A stretch of 64,000 nt of DNA from Octopus vulgaris. Taxonomy: Eukaryota. The translations under genes and the position numbers were made by a program. The stretch spans positions 159,402,001 through 159,466,000 of the forward strand of contig OX597814.1 of assembly GCA_951406725.2 (NCBI GenBank), read 5' to 3'. The stretch's first letter is position 1; every line of letters begins with the position of its first letter. Below are positions 63,771 through 64,000 of the stretch, piece by piece. The notes under the pieces were generated by a model, which had not been told where the DNA came from, made no database searches, and saw only the letters and a program-made list of their open reading frames with translations.

Positions 63771-64000
63771 TATGCATGATCCTTGAAATAGCATCAATGG
63801 CTCAGATGGCTAGGCTACTTATTCGAAATGAACCAGGACAGGATACTAAGCATAACATTAAAATGGACACACCTGAAAAGCTAAAGCCTAGATGGCCAGA
63901 AGTAATGTTTTTTTTTTTCTTTTTACTTGATGGGCCTGGAAAATGTATTGGTGCCTATGGTCTTTTGCAGGCCTTCTGAAACTAGTGAAATTGGTGCTAT

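Overview
AT-rich, repeat-dense eukaryotic genomic DNA. The SINE and RTE-LINE repeats resemble those I recall from Octopus (coleoid cephalopod); this taxon call is an inference. Positions 1807-26106 (+) hold the last 18 coding exons of the splicing factor XAB2/SYF1. All introns are GT-AG, the 1740 nt join in one open frame (579 aa + stop), and the 5' exons lie outside the window. The rest is mostly transposon debris: RTE LINEs (some nested), CR1 and Penelope-like RT remnants, three decayed mariners, a hATm-like fossil, hAT/piggyBac/Helitron-type non-autonomous elements, tRNA-derived SINEs and a tRNA-Phe pseudogene. A CpG-retaining, promoter-like region lies near 41.6-43.7 kb. The most notable signal is a dispersed set of minimal type I hammerhead-ribozyme motifs (CUGANGA-stem II-GAAA-palindromic stem III). 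One sits in a tRNA-headed short retroelement with Penelope-style inverted tails, and two form a back-to-back pair making a 210-bp palindrome. Other findings are a 156-bp templated insertion copied from 4 kb away and several long fold-back hairpins. All calls were made by eye, with no database search or folding software.
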